The notes beneath the pieces were generated by a model that saw only the letters and a list, made by a program, of their open reading frames with translations, was not told the origin of the DNA and ran no database searches. Of a DNA stretch of 64,000 bases, positions 17,474 to 28,758 are shown piece after piece; the stretch's first letter is position 1, and the number at the start of each line of letters is the position of its first letter. Origin of the DNA: Spirochaetaceae bacterium (GTDB taxonomy: Bacteria > Spirochaetota > Spirochaetia > DSM-2461); the NCBI GenBank assembly GCA_051531975.1, contig JAOPTT010000006.1, positions 664,315 to 728,314 on the forward strand, in the 5' to 3' direction. A program made the position numbers and the translations under genes.

Positions 17474-19867
17474 TTATACCCTTGTAGGAATAACATGGGT
17501 TTGCGGAAAATTCAGCTGACTTCCTGCTAAAATCTGAGATACAAATGTTATATCCAAATCAAGAGTTATTTTTAGAACATCTTCAATTGTTTCAACAAGT
17601 GAAAATTTTAACTGTTCACGAATTTCTTCTGGAATATCGTTTATATCCTCTTTATTGTCTTTAGGAAGAAGAACATGTTTTATTCCAGCTCTATGGGCTG
17701 CAAGAACCTTTTCTTTTAATCCACCTATTGGTAGAACATCTCCGCTTAGGGTTAATTCACCTGTCATAGCAATATCAGAGGAAACATTTTGACCTGTCAA
17801 CAATGAAACAAGTGATGTGAACAGTGTAATACCTGCTGAAGGTCCATCTTTTGGTGTTGCACCGGATGGGACATGAATATGAATATCATTCTCGTCAAAA
17901 TTAAAAGTTCCGGTAAGATGGAATAGTCTTGAACGAATTAAACTTGAAGAAATTATGGCAGATTCTTTCATTACATCACCAAGCTGTCCTGTTAGGATCA
18001 GATTACCCTTTCCTTTCATCACAGCTGTTTCAATAAATAGAATTTCACCACCAACCGGTGTCCATGCAAGACCAGTAACAATTCCAGGTAGATTTTTATC
18101 CTTAATCCTATCATGCCTGATCTTTTCTTTTCCAAGAATATCGGTAATATTTTCAGTATTTACATCATATGGTTTCCCTGTATCATTAGAAACTAACTCT
18201 ACGCTTGAATATCTTACTATTTGAGTAATTTTCTTCTTTAAACCTCTGACCCCTGCTTCTCTTGTGTATTTGTCAATTATGATATTAATTACATCATCTG
18301 ATATTGTAATTTTATTGTCTACAATACCGTGTTCTTCATAAACTGCTGGAACTAGGTGGTTCTTTGCTATGTGAAACTTCTCATTATTTGTATAACTTGA
18401 TATTTCAATAACTTCCATTCTATCAAGAAGTGGAGCAGGTATTGTATTTAGAGAATTTGCAGTAGCAATAAATAGTACATCTGATAAGTCATATGGTACT
18501 TCAAGATAGTGATCAGAAAAAGAATTATTCTGTTCTGGATCTAGAACCTCAAGTAGTGCTGAAAATGGACCACCACCATTGGATGTTGAAAGCTTATCAA
18601 TTTCATCTAGAACAAATACTGGATTCTTTGATTTTGCTTTTTTAATTCCTGAAATGATTCTTCCTGGAAGAGCTCCGATATATGTTCTCCTATGTCCACG
18701 AATTTCTGCTTCATCTCTAACACCACCAAGACTTGCTCTTACATATTCACGATTAAGAGCCTTAGCAATACTTTTACCCAGACTGGTTTTACCTGTTCCA
18801 GGAGGACCTACTAATAAGATAATAGATCCTTGTTTCTCTTTTTTAAGTTTTAAAACAGCAAGATGCTGTATAATTCGTTCCTTAACTTTATCAAGACCAA
18901 AGTGTTCTTCGTTTAAAGTCTTCTTTGCATCTTCAAGATTTATATCAGTCAAATCTTTTGTCTTCCATGGTAACTCTATTAATAAATCTAGATAGTTTTG
19001 AATAATAGAAGATTCAGATCCATTTAATCCAACATTTTCAAGTTTTTTTACTTCAGATAAAGCAACCTTTATCACATCAGAAGGCATTCCAGAAACTTCA
19101 ATTTTATTTCGATACTCTTCAAACTTATCTGCGTTTCCTTCTCCTTCATCAAGTTCTTTTTGTATTGTCTTCATCTGCTCTCTTAATAAATTTGTACGAT
19201 ATTGTTTTGTAGTTTTTTCATTCATTTTTTGAGATAGTTCAATTTGAAGATTAATTCTTTCATCATTTTTATCTAGTATATCTATAAAATTCAAATATTT
19301 ACTTTTAAGTGTAGCTGATGTTAGTAGTAGTTGTTTATCTTTTAAACTAACATCCATAAATGGTAATAAAGATTCTATTATACGATCTAGATCATGAAGC
19401 TTTTCTAAATATAGAATAAACTCTTCGGCACCTTTGAATTTTTTACCTGTATCACGTATATGTTTTTTTATTTTATTCAATAAAACAATTTCTTCGTTTT
19501 TAGATAAATCAACTTGGCAATTAAAATCAGAATACGTTGAAAAACACAAATCGCCTTCTAATTCCATATCAATGATATTAACAAGGGATTGTCCCTGAAC
19601 ATCAACAATATATCCATCCTCTAACTTTTTTATTTCATTAATGACTAAAGTAGTCCCTACTTCGTAGAAATCATCCTTCTTTATTCCTTCTAAATTTTTA
19701 CTTTCCGTAGTTTTTGCTGAAAGTGCTATTGTAGTAATCTCAGAACTACCTTTATACCCATTAAGTATCTGAGCCATTCGACTGTTTACTTTTACTTTAG
19801 CTTTTGATCCCGTATAAATTACAGTGTCAAAAACTGGAATTATCATCGCTTTATTTTTGTTATTCAT
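17474..19867 (-). CDS. lon: Lon protease (endopeptidase La)
   Basis: GPPGTGKTS Walker A, LDEIDK Walker B, PKDGPSAG catalytic Ser, IGGLKEKVLAAHR. Confidence 0.95.
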   Translation of the reverse strand: MNNKNKAMIIPVFDTVIYTGSKAKVKVNSRMAQILNGYKGSSEITTIALSAKTTESKNLEGIKKDDFYEVGTTLVINEIKKLEDGYIVDVQGQSLVNIIDMELEGDLCFSTYSDFNCQVDLSKNEEIVLLNKIKKHIRDTGKKFKGAEEFILYLEKLHDLDRIIESLLPFMDVSLKDKQLLLTSATLKSKYLNFIDILDKNDERINLQIELSQKMNEKTTKQYRTNLLREQMKTIQKELDEGEGNADKFEEYRNKIEVSGMPSDVIKVALSEVKKLENVGLNGSESSIIQNYLDLLIELPWKTKDLTDINLEDAKKTLNEEHFGLDKVKERIIQHLAVLKLKKEKQGSIILLVGPPGTGKTSLGKSIAKALNREYVRASLGGVRDEAEIRGHRRTYIGALPGRIISGIKKAKSKNPVFVLDEIDKLSTSNGGGPFSALLEVLDPEQNNSFSDHYLEVPYDLSDVLFIATANSLNTIPAPLLDRMEVIEISSYTNNEKFHIAKNHLVPAVYEEHGIVDNKITISDDVINIIIDKYTREAGVRGLKKKITQIVRYSSVELVSNDTGKPYDVNTENITDILGKEKIRHDRIKDKNLPGIVTGLAWTPVGGEILFIETAVMKGKGNLILTGQLGDVMKESAIISSSLIRSRLFHLTGTFNFDENDIHIHVPSGATPKDGPSAGITLFTSLVSLLTGQNVSSDIAMTGELTLSGDVLPIGGLKEKVLAAHRAGIKHVLLPKDNKEDINDIPEEIREQLKFSLVETIEDVLKITLDLDITFVSQILAGSQLNFPQTHVIPTRV

Positions 19868-19927
19868 AATGTCCTCCAAATCTAATAAAGTTAGTTAATA
19901 CTAACCTAACTATATTATTAAAAAAAA

Positions 19928-20347
19928 TTATTTAACTTTACTAAATAATTTTATAAGTGTTTCAATTTCTTCCTTAGTAAGATTATTTAGAATTCTATCG
20001 ATTACTCTCTCTATAGTTATTCTTTCATACCTTGCTATCATCTTTCCCTGATCCGTTAAAAATATATTTGATATTCTTCCATCATCAGGAGATTTCTCTC
20101 TATATACCATATTTAGGTTGATAAACTTATTTATCATCTCAGATATGGTTGGTTTTGAATTATTTGTTAACTCAGCAAGCCGACTGAATGTCATATCATC
20201 GTACTTATCTATTATTTTAAGATATTCAATTTGTCTTACTGTAAGTTCACTAGCAGCACATGTTTTTTTTACATTACAAGCACACTCTGATCTTATATTA
20301 GATATACTTTCATAAGCTTCTAGTAATAATTCTCTAGTTTCATTCAA
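19928..20347 (-). CDS. MarR family regulator upstream of lon
   Basis: ELTVRQIEYL, SKPTISEMINK, DDGRISNIFLTDQG. Confidence 0.85.
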   Translation of the reverse strand: MNETRELLLEAYESISNIRSECACNVKKTCAASELTVRQIEYLKIIDKYDDMTFSRLAELTNNSKPTISEMINKFINLNMVYREKSPDDGRISNIFLTDQGKMIARYERITIERVIDRILNNLTKEEIETLIKLFSKVK

Positions 20348-20607
20348 TTTACAATCCTTATGGTTAGGCCTAACCTAATTATATATAAATATCTGAATAT
20401 TTAAAAGGTATGTATTTTTTTATTCAACGTCAACAAAAATTGTAAAAAAAATTAAAAAGCAGCAATACTTCTAATATTAGTATTGAATACTGGGGTAATT
20501 CAGGGAATACAGGATTTGAAATGGACTGATTAGAGCCTATAATAAAATTAAGATATATTTGCACTCCTATTAATATTCTTTTATAATTAATAATAGGAAG
20601 TAACCCT

Positions 20608-22740
20608 ATGAAAACTGATACCTACACAGTACTACCACGAGGTGGATATATAATTGATACGGAACTTGGCTATATTCAATTTGGAGCTCCACCTGAAACA
20701 ATTAAAGATACTATGATGATGCCAAAAGGTGTTCCAAATATCTTTGTCATTTTGGATAAGATGTTTGACCCAGACAAAGGAATTAGTCTAGCAGAAATAG
20801 AGTTCCCTATATATTTTAATTATTTCATTTTACAAAGAAAGACAATTATTATTTGCAAGAAAGATCAAGTCTCACGATTAAAGGAAGTACTTCAAGAGGC
20901 TCTTTTTGGTCCTAAAATAATTAATTTAAATATCGATTATGATTTAGAATATAAAGATATGTCAGTACCAGATATAGAAAAAGAGATGAGTCACTTTCGA
21001 AATAATCTTAAATTCTCTGATGTCGTTACTGTTGGATTAATTAAAAATGATTCCTGTACTATAGGCAATGTAACTATAAAAAATATGAAAAAAGGATTCC
21101 TTGAGGTAAGTGAAAAAGGAAAACTTCTTGCAAAGATTCCTGATGAAATTCAGTATAAACCATCTATTTCTATTGGAGAGAGACTACCAGAGCCCTATGA
21201 ACCTGATTTATTTAGTATAACCTGTCTAGGTCCGAGTCATGGATTTGATCCTAAAGAGAATACATCAGGTTATATTATTTGGTTAAATCATCATGGGATA
21301 ATGGTTGATCCACCTGTAAATTCGACAGAATGGTTAAGGGATTCCAATGTTAATCCTCAATTAATTGACAGTATTATTTTGACCCACTGTCACGCTGATC
21401 ATGATGCAGGAACATTTCAAAAAATTATCGAAGAGAAAAGAATAACAATTTATTCTACTGAAACAGTGATAATGAGTTTTGTACGAAAGTATGCAGCTCT
21501 TTCAGGAATGGATGTTTCATATCTAAAAAAACTTTTTACTTTCCATCCAATAAAGATAGGGAAACCAGTATTTATTCACGGTGGGAATTTCGAGATGTTT
21601 TATACATTACATTCCATACCCACTCTTGGTTTTAAAATGAAATTCCAAGATCAAACATTTGTATATTCATCTGATCATAATAACGATCCTGAGGTTCATA
21701 AAGATCTTTTTGAAAGGGGAATTATCTCTAAAGAGCGTTATGATGAATTTTCCAGTTTCCCCTGGGATTATAAAGTTATCTACCATGAATCAGGAGTCCC
21801 TCCTCTTCATACCCCAATAAATTATCTTGACTCCCTACCAGAGGAAGTAAAAAAAAGGATTGTAGTTTATCATATCGCTAAAAAAGATTTTCCTGACGAT
21901 AGCTCGCTATCTCTTGCAAATTTTGGGATAGAAAATACTCTAGTATTCCCAACAAGTACTCCTTATTATGAAAAGACTTATAAAGTTTTAAATGTTTTGA
22001 ACCATATAGATTTTTTCCAGGATATGGAAATAAGTAAAGCCCAGGATTTCATATCCATAGTAAATGAAGAAAATTTCAAAAAAGGTGACTTAATTATTGA
22101 AAAAGGAACCCCTGGTGATAAGTTCTATATAATATATTCCGGAAATGTTTCTATAGTAGGTACAGAGTTTAAACAGAAGAAGATATATGGGACTTATGAA
22201 TATTTTGGAGAAGTTGCCTTAATAACAAAAAAAGTACGTACAGCTAATGTTATGGCAGAGACAGATGTAGTTGCATATTCAATAGGAAGAGATGAATTCC
22301 TAGATTTTATCGATGGAACAGATTTTAAACAGACTCTTTTAAGGTTAACAAAAATAAGAAGTGCAGATACATGGAATTTACTCTCAAGCAGTCCATTTTT
22401 TAAATATTGCTCATCCTATCAAAAGACATGGCTCGAATCAATTTTTATTCCTATAGAAAAAACAGGAATAGGAACGCTTCAAAAAGAGAGTGAAAAAATA
22501 AAATATATCTATATAATTAAAAGTGGTGAAGTTCTAGTATCAAAAAATGAAAAAAGTATAACAACTATTAAACGTGGCGACTTTATTGGAATGATGTCAC
22601 AAGTTTATAAAAACGAAGCTTCAGATTATACATTCTCATATAACTCTAAAGTTGAGTTATATATGATTAAACGAGATGATATTCTTGCTTTTGTTGAAAA
22701 AAACCCAGGACTTTTAATGAAGATTAGATACAATTATTAG
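20608..22740 (+). CDS. Metallo-beta-lactamase-fold hydrolase with C-terminal cyclic-nucleotide-binding domains (putative cyclic nucleotide phosphodiesterase)
   Basis: LTHCHADHDAG, LHSIPT, YSSDH; GTPGDKFYIIYSG, YFGEVAL, RTANV; second degenerate cNMP domain. Confidence 0.8.
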   Translation: MKTDTYTVLPRGGYIIDTELGYIQFGAPPETIKDTMMMPKGVPNIFVILDKMFDPDKGISLAEIEFPIYFNYFILQRKTIIICKKDQVSRLKEVLQEALFGPKIINLNIDYDLEYKDMSVPDIEKEMSHFRNNLKFSDVVTVGLIKNDSCTIGNVTIKNMKKGFLEVSEKGKLLAKIPDEIQYKPSISIGERLPEPYEPDLFSITCLGPSHGFDPKENTSGYIIWLNHHGIMVDPPVNSTEWLRDSNVNPQLIDSIILTHCHADHDAGTFQKIIEEKRITIYSTETVIMSFVRKYAALSGMDVSYLKKLFTFHPIKIGKPVFIHGGNFEMFYTLHSIPTLGFKMKFQDQTFVYSSDHNNDPEVHKDLFERGIISKERYDEFSSFPWDYKVIYHESGVPPLHTPINYLDSLPEEVKKRIVVYHIAKKDFPDDSSLSLANFGIENTLVFPTSTPYYEKTYKVLNVLNHIDFFQDMEISKAQDFISIVNEENFKKGDLIIEKGTPGDKFYIIYSGNVSIVGTEFKQKKIYGTYEYFGEVALITKKVRTANVMAETDVVAYSIGRDEFLDFIDGTDFKQTLLRLTKIRSADTWNLLSSSPFFKYCSSYQKTWLESIFIPIEKTGIGTLQKESEKIKYIYIIKSGEVLVSKNEKSITTIKRGDFIGMMSQVYKNEASDYTFSYNSKVELYMIKRDDILAFVEKNPGLLMKIRYNY

Positions 22741-22859
22741 ATAGAATAGTATATGATCCAAAGATCTAATTTATTTTGTATTTTAAACCAACTGACTGGG
22801 TTGTCTTTGTTGTACGACTTATTCTTATTATCATTTCAGAACTGAATAAAAAATGATCA

Positions 22860-25289
22860 CTAATGGTCAAGAATCTCAGCAATAACGTGGCTCAATTCAT
22901 CGACTTTGAAAGGCTTGCGGATAAATCCATTAAGGCCTTGTACTTTCATTGCATTGAGTTTTTCATTATTGGTGTATCCTGAAGTAATCACAACTTTGCA
23001 GCCACTATTCATTTCTCTCATCGCCATAAAAGCTTCATACCCATTCATTACAGGCATTATCATATCCATCAAGATGAGATCGATCTCTAAGTGGTTAATC
23101 TTAAAGAGATCGAATGCCTTCTGACCATTCTCTGCAAGCATGACAGTGTAACCCAGTTCCTCGAGTATAGCCTTGCCTGTGAAGCGAATAAGCTCTTCAT
23201 CGTCAACAAGGAGTATCATCCCTGAACCCATACGGGAGTTGGTTCGCTTAGGCAAGACCTTTACATGTTCACTGGAACAAGGGAGGAGAAGGTGAAATGT
23301 TGTACCCACACTGATTTCGCTATAGACCGTGACAGCCCCGTGATGCTCCTTAACTGCGCCATAGACGGTTGATAGGCCTAACCCTGTTCCTTTACCTTGT
23401 TCTTTTGTAGTAAAAAAGGGATCAAAGATCTTATGTAAATTTTCTTGTGATATTCCTAAACCATTATCCATAACTTCTAATTCACAATAATTACCAGGGG
23501 TGATATCAAAGGAGCTCATTTCACAATATTTATGGCTCAATTTTTTATTCCGAGTTGATATTTGTATCTCTCCGCCATTGGGCATAGCATGGCTTGCATT
23601 GATGCAAAGATTCAGCAACATATTATTTATGCTTGAATTATCTCCAATAATGATAGAGTTAATAGCATACTTTGTAACGATGATCTTGATATTTTTATCT
23701 AGGGTACTCGACAAGATCACTTCTGCATCGTCGACTATCTCATTTATATCTATCGCATCATAAGTGAGATTTCCCTTACGACTAAAAGTGAGAAGCTTCT
23801 TGATTAAATCTGATGCTCTACTTGAGGCTTGCATAATCATATCAACATATTTTAACCCACGATCATCGAGGTTACGCTTTGGTGATTTCAGAAGAAATGA
23901 TGAATTAATAATGGCACCTAATATATTGTTAAAGTCGTGAGCTATTCCTCCAGCGAGTTGTCCGATAGCTTCCATCTTTCGAGTATGATTTAAGCTGGCT
24001 TGGCTGGTTTTCAATGCAATCTCTGCCTGCTTTCTATCGGTGATATCAATGATACAAACAGGAATATTCTTGAAGTCTTCTAAAGTTTCGGGGATCCTTA
24101 ATGAGATTATTGCAAATATTTTTTTACCATTTATCGTATGAAACACTGCTTCAGAACGAAATACATCCTCTTCGTTCCAAATTGAGCATAACTCATCGAT
24201 AAAAATGTTGTTAGCATCTGGACCAAAGGTTTTGCTTATATCTTGAATGAAGAGCTCTTTAGAGCTTGCATCAAAAAGCTTCAATGTCGCATCATTAATC
24301 TGGTTCACATTAACTAATTTTATAATTTCCATAAGAATATCCTGATTATCAGTTAGAAATGTTTTTAGATCATCAACACCCTTCTCCCTTAGTTTATCGA
24401 GATATAACTTAACACCACTTAGATCTTCGTTCCATATAGAAATTTCTGCATTTTGGAAAATTAACTTAAATTGTCTCTCCCTATCCTGAACCTTCCTTAT
24501 TAAATTTAAGCTCTGTTCATTCAGTTCGTTGATCGTCTCACCAATGGTTTGAAACTCATCCCCTGTCCTGATGCTGATCCCATCATCTTTAATCTCGACA
24601 ATACCTTTAATTATAGCCTCTACGGGTTGGGTGATTAAACGTAGGGAGAAAAGAACTACTCCGACGATTGAGATTAGTAAGATGAGGAGGGATGCGCCGA
24701 TTCCCTTCTTTATATATGTTTCACCTAACTCTATATTTCTTGTATTTTGAGCATGTATACGTGCAAAAACAGAGTAAAGAGCTTGGCCATAGGCTAGTAT
24801 TATCATCTCTTTAGGCTCTATTCGATAGTGAATACGAACTGGTAAAATGAGTTCATCAGTCTCAGTGAACTGGGTATAGTTATCGATGGAGAATTCTAGT
24901 TCATTTGAGATTCTATAATGATCCATTGCTGCTTCGAGTTGCTCTGATGAGAGCAGATCTAACATCTGACTAGGAACGCTACTACCCTCTAGCACTTTTC
25001 CATGAAAATCAATGATGAATTGAGATTTACCATCAGCTTCTAGGGTTGATAAAATCTCAAAAGTTGATATATCTCCTTTGATGGATCTTATATCATCAAT
25101 CTCCTCAAAAAAGATTTGAGCATAGAGATCAGATAATTCTATACCAAACTCTAAAACCTCACTCCTAAAGTTATGGTTAAAGTTATCCTCTGTTTGAGTG
25201 AGAATATTAAACCATATAGCCAGAAGTGAGATGAGAACTATGATGAAGAAGATAGATAGAAAGACGCTGATCTTGTATCGAACTTTCAT
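22860..25289 (-). CDS. Membrane hybrid sensor histidine kinase/response regulator (HAMP, PAS-like)
   Basis: LAGGIAHDFNNIL, FDPFFTTKEQGKGTGLGL, receiver LVDDEE..LMDMIMP..KPF. Confidence 0.9.
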   Translation of the reverse strand: MKVRYKISVFLSIFFIIVLISLLAIWFNILTQTEDNFNHNFRSEVLEFGIELSDLYAQIFFEEIDDIRSIKGDISTFEILSTLEADGKSQFIIDFHGKVLEGSSVPSQMLDLLSSEQLEAAMDHYRISNELEFSIDNYTQFTETDELILPVRIHYRIEPKEMIILAYGQALYSVFARIHAQNTRNIELGETYIKKGIGASLLILLISIVGVVLFSLRLITQPVEAIIKGIVEIKDDGISIRTGDEFQTIGETINELNEQSLNLIRKVQDRERQFKLIFQNAEISIWNEDLSGVKLYLDKLREKGVDDLKTFLTDNQDILMEIIKLVNVNQINDATLKLFDASSKELFIQDISKTFGPDANNIFIDELCSIWNEEDVFRSEAVFHTINGKKIFAIISLRIPETLEDFKNIPVCIIDITDRKQAEIALKTSQASLNHTRKMEAIGQLAGGIAHDFNNILGAIINSSFLLKSPKRNLDDRGLKYVDMIMQASSRASDLIKKLLTFSRKGNLTYDAIDINEIVDDAEVILSSTLDKNIKIIVTKYAINSIIIGDNSSINNMLLNLCINASHAMPNGGEIQISTRNKKLSHKYCEMSSFDITPGNYCELEVMDNGLGISQENLHKIFDPFFTTKEQGKGTGLGLSTVYGAVKEHHGAVTVYSEISVGTTFHLLLPCSSEHVKVLPKRTNSRMGSGMILLVDDEELIRFTGKAILEELGYTVMLAENGQKAFDLFKINHLEIDLILMDMIMPVMNGYEAFMAMREMNSGCKVVITSGYTNNEKLNAMKVQGLNGFIRKPFKVDELSHVIAEILDH

Positions 25290-26291
25290 CTATCTGAGGC
25301 CTTGCTCTACATATTCTTCGATCTCAATAATTGTGTTCCGAGACTGAATGGCAGATCCTGTATTTATATCCAATCCTGCGAAGCTCCAACGATCTGAAAT
25401 GACGAGTTGCAGTACCGAAAGATAACCTTGCAAAAAAGGCTGCTGATCTGAGAGTAGATCGATGTAACCAGTTTTGAGCTCAGTCATTAATGAGGGAGAT
25501 AAGCCAAAACCTACAACGTGAATATAGTCGGGGCCAACACCCGCATCTTTTAATCCTTGTACGGTGGCGCTAATATTAATATCATCGAAGACCAACTTTG
25601 CCTCGGGATGCTCACTCATTAGCTCCCTCAAATGATTTGCTTGCCACTGTATCGCCTCTTCTTTGTCATCAAATAAAATTTTCTTTTGATTAATAATCTT
25701 CAGACCATACTCATTAAAGACTGCGATGGCTGCAAGGGATCTGTTTTCTCTCATTCCACTTATACTCGTTGAGAAGAAGATTATCTCATCTCCAGGGATT
25801 AATTCAAACTGGACAATTGCCGCTCTGGCTAAATTATGTCCTGATTGATAGAGATCTTCTCCTGCATAACCAAATCCATGGTTTTTATAGGTCCGTTGGA
25901 TCTCTGGTAAGGGAACATTCATAGAGGTAACTATTATGCCTTTACGAATCGCTTCATCAATTAACGTTTTAAAAGCCCCTGTTCCTGGGTGTCCCATAAT
26001 AGCGATACCATCAGGATTCTTATTGATCGACTCCTTGAACTGAATAAGCATCTTATTTGGCTCCCAATTAGACCACACCAATTCAATGTTTACATCTAGA
26101 CTCTCTGCAGCAAAGATTACTCCATTTTCAATTCTTTTAGAAAAGCGACTTTCCTCGGAACCTCCTAGGAAAACTATATAATTTGAATTGTTTTTAGGTT
26201 TAAACTGAATCACATTAAAGGAAAATAGGAAGATAATACCCACGACAATAATTGTAATTATTATAATGAACAACATATTAGTTTTTTTCAT
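25290..26291 (-). CDS. Periplasmic sugar-binding protein (type I PBP) abutting the kinase
   Basis: N-terminal TM; NPDGIAIMGHPG, DQQPFLQGYLSVLQL. Confidence 0.8.
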   Translation of the reverse strand: MKKTNMLFIIIITIIVVGIIFLFSFNVIQFKPKNNSNYIVFLGGSEESRFSKRIENGVIFAAESLDVNIELVWSNWEPNKMLIQFKESINKNPDGIAIMGHPGTGAFKTLIDEAIRKGIIVTSMNVPLPEIQRTYKNHGFGYAGEDLYQSGHNLARAAIVQFELIPGDEIIFFSTSISGMRENRSLAAIAVFNEYGLKIINQKKILFDDKEEAIQWQANHLRELMSEHPEAKLVFDDINISATVQGLKDAGVGPDYIHVVGFGLSPSLMTELKTGYIDLLSDQQPFLQGYLSVLQLVISDRWSFAGLDINTGSAIQSRNTIIEIEEYVEQGLR

Positions 26292-26413
26292 ATTATCAAC
26301 TCCTGTTAGGATAATTATTTACACCTTTTACAAATATTATAATTCAAATTATTGTTTAATTACATTTATTTAATTTTATATTTAAACTATTCTTATTTTA
26401 TTACCTCAAAATG

Positions 26414-27775
26414 CTAATTAATAATAGCTTCGACTCGGTTCCTTCCTGACTCTTTTGCACGATAAAGAGCGTCATCAACTAGTTTAATAAATGCATTGGC
26501 TTTTAATCCTTTTTTATACTCACCAACCCCAAAACTTGCAGTTTTTTGTTTTACTTGATCAAAATTGTGGGACTCTATTTTTGAACGCATATTCTCTGCA
26601 AGAATAGTAGCTCCTTCTAAAACAGTATCAGGAAGTACTATTAGAAACTCCTCTCCGCCCCAACGACCTACAACATCAATCCGTCGTGAATTCGTTTTTA
26701 ATAAATTTGCTATTTTTGTAAGCACTTGATCACCAACAGTATGTCCAAAGGTATCATTGACATCTTTAAAATAATCGATGTCTACAAGAATTATAGAAAA
26801 ACTGCTTCCTCTAACTTCCGACTTATAAATTTCATCCTCTATAACAGAGTCTATTCTAAGCCTATTTGCTAATTTTGTTAGGGCATCAGTTCTTGAAAGA
26901 ATTTTAAGCTGCTCATTTAGTTCCAATAATTCTGCCTGGTCCTTGGTAAGTTTTTGATTAGATTCCTGTAGTTTTCCCATGGTATCTTTCAGTTTTACAG
27001 AAATATCAGAAATGGTATCTCCCAAATCGCTGATCTCATCATTATTTTTAATATTAATTTTGTAGTCAAAATCAAGAGATGCTATTGCTTCAGCCTTTTT
27101 TTTAATTTTATATATTGGATTTGTTAGGCCATATGAAATGATAATAGTTAGTAAAAGACCAGTCAGAAAGGATATGGCAAGAGTGATTAATATTGCCTGG
27201 AAAGCAAGTTCTGCCCCTTGTCTAATCATATCTGTAGGTTTTTCTAACATTATATAATAATCATCTGAAAAAGCTCCAAGTAGAATTATTAGATCCGTAC
27301 CAGGTGGAGGAGACCCAGCTTCTGGTCTTGATTCTTCTTTTTGACGTTGTGGTGGGGCCTCATTTATATCCATTTTGTGAGCATTATTAAAGATCCTATA
27401 ATAGTCAAAGGAGTCTAATCCTTTTTTAAGCATAGGGGTTATGTGTCTGAGATGGATTTCAGGTAAGTCATCCATGTGAGAGAGCGCAGGTGAAGTTGAT
27501 GCCATTATTTCATATTTACTATTAAAAATAGTAACAAAGCCCCCAAGACCTTTCTCCTTCTGAAGAATAAACCTAGTGAAGTCTAAATCTGATTTAAAAT
27601 CTTTAGCGATATAATTGTAATGATTCTCAAGTCTATCCTTAACATCATTAAGAATAATGGATGGAAAAAGAAACCTTGAAGCTGCAAGAAATAAAACTCC
27701 AGTAAATAGAAGTATAAATGCAGTAACCAAAAATAGTTTAAATCTTATATTTATCCGCGTCATGTTACTCTCCAA
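26414..27775 (-). CDS. Membrane HAMP-GGDEF diguanylate cyclase
   Basis: TDALTKLANR, DIDYFKDVNDTFGH, RWGGEEF. Confidence 0.9.
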   Translation of the reverse strand: MESNMTRINIRFKLFLVTAFILLFTGVLFLAASRFLFPSIILNDVKDRLENHYNYIAKDFKSDLDFTRFILQKEKGLGGFVTIFNSKYEIMASTSPALSHMDDLPEIHLRHITPMLKKGLDSFDYYRIFNNAHKMDINEAPPQRQKEESRPEAGSPPPGTDLIILLGAFSDDYYIMLEKPTDMIRQGAELAFQAILITLAISFLTGLLLTIIISYGLTNPIYKIKKKAEAIASLDFDYKINIKNNDEISDLGDTISDISVKLKDTMGKLQESNQKLTKDQAELLELNEQLKILSRTDALTKLANRLRIDSVIEDEIYKSEVRGSSFSIILVDIDYFKDVNDTFGHTVGDQVLTKIANLLKTNSRRIDVVGRWGGEEFLIVLPDTVLEGATILAENMRSKIESHNFDQVKQKTASFGVGEYKKGLKANAFIKLVDDALYRAKESGRNRVEAIIN

Positions 27776-28053
27776 ATGTGTTATATAAATTATTAAAGAT
27801 ATATTTATGGTTTGCCAAATGCCTTAACTCAACCACATTACAAATTATTTTATGGCCTTTTAATATTATAGTTATCCCACCAGATAGCTATGATATTGTG
27901 ATTGATCACTTCTAAAAGTATATTTGCAAAACTATAATTATGCCAAAATTATCTATTTTTCAATCATATATAATAATAAAATGATTTATTGGCTACTGGT
28001 TAATTGAAAATAAAAAATGTTGTATCGAGGTCTTTTATGACTATATTTAATAT

Positions 28054-28758
28054 ATGGATAACAATAACGTGTTAATAGTTGAAGATGTGCCTGAAATTGC
28101 AAAAATCATCTCAACTAATATTGAAGATCTAGGTTTAAAAACTACTCATATGTCAGATGGTAAAAGTGGCTTATTAGAAGCTCTAAGTGGTAAATATACA
28201 CTTATTATACTAGACTTAATGTTACCAAAACTTGATGGTATTTCAATCTGCTCAAAAATTAGAGAGAATGACAGTTTAACACCAATCTTAATATTAACAG
28301 CAAAAGGTGATGAAATAGATAGGATTCTAGGGCTGGAGCTTGGTGCCGATGATTATATGACAAAACCTTTTAGTGTTAGGGAATTGGTAGCCAGGGTTAA
28401 AGCTCTACTTAGACGCTCAAGAACCACTAATAAGTTTGATGAAATGAAAAGTTTAGATGAAATAGAAATAAATGATATTAAAGTAGACTTTAAAAATAGA
28501 AAAGTTATATTGAGGGGTTTAGAACTGGAACTAACTGTAAAAGAGTTTGATCTATTATCTCTGTTTATAAAAAATCCTGGTAGGACATTTAGTAGAAAAG
28601 ATTTATTAGAAAGGATATGGGGTTACCAGTTTGAAGGTTACGAGCATACAGTTAATACTCATATAAATAGACTTAGAAATAAGATTGAGGATGACGCCTC
28701 TAATCCCAATTATTTAAAAACTGTTTGGGGTATAGGATATAAATTCAATGATATTTAA
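28054..28758 (+). CDS. OmpR-family response regulator
   Basis: LDLMLPKLDG, GADDYMTKPF, winged helix TVNTHINRLRNKIE..TVWGIGY. Confidence 0.95.
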   Translation: MDNNNVLIVEDVPEIAKIISTNIEDLGLKTTHMSDGKSGLLEALSGKYTLIILDLMLPKLDGISICSKIRENDSLTPILILTAKGDEIDRILGLELGADDYMTKPFSVRELVARVKALLRRSRTTNKFDEMKSLDEIEINDIKVDFKNRKVILRGLELELTVKEFDLLSLFIKNPGRTFSRKDLLERIWGYQFEGYEHTVNTHINRLRNKIEDDASNPNYLKTVWGIGYKFNDI

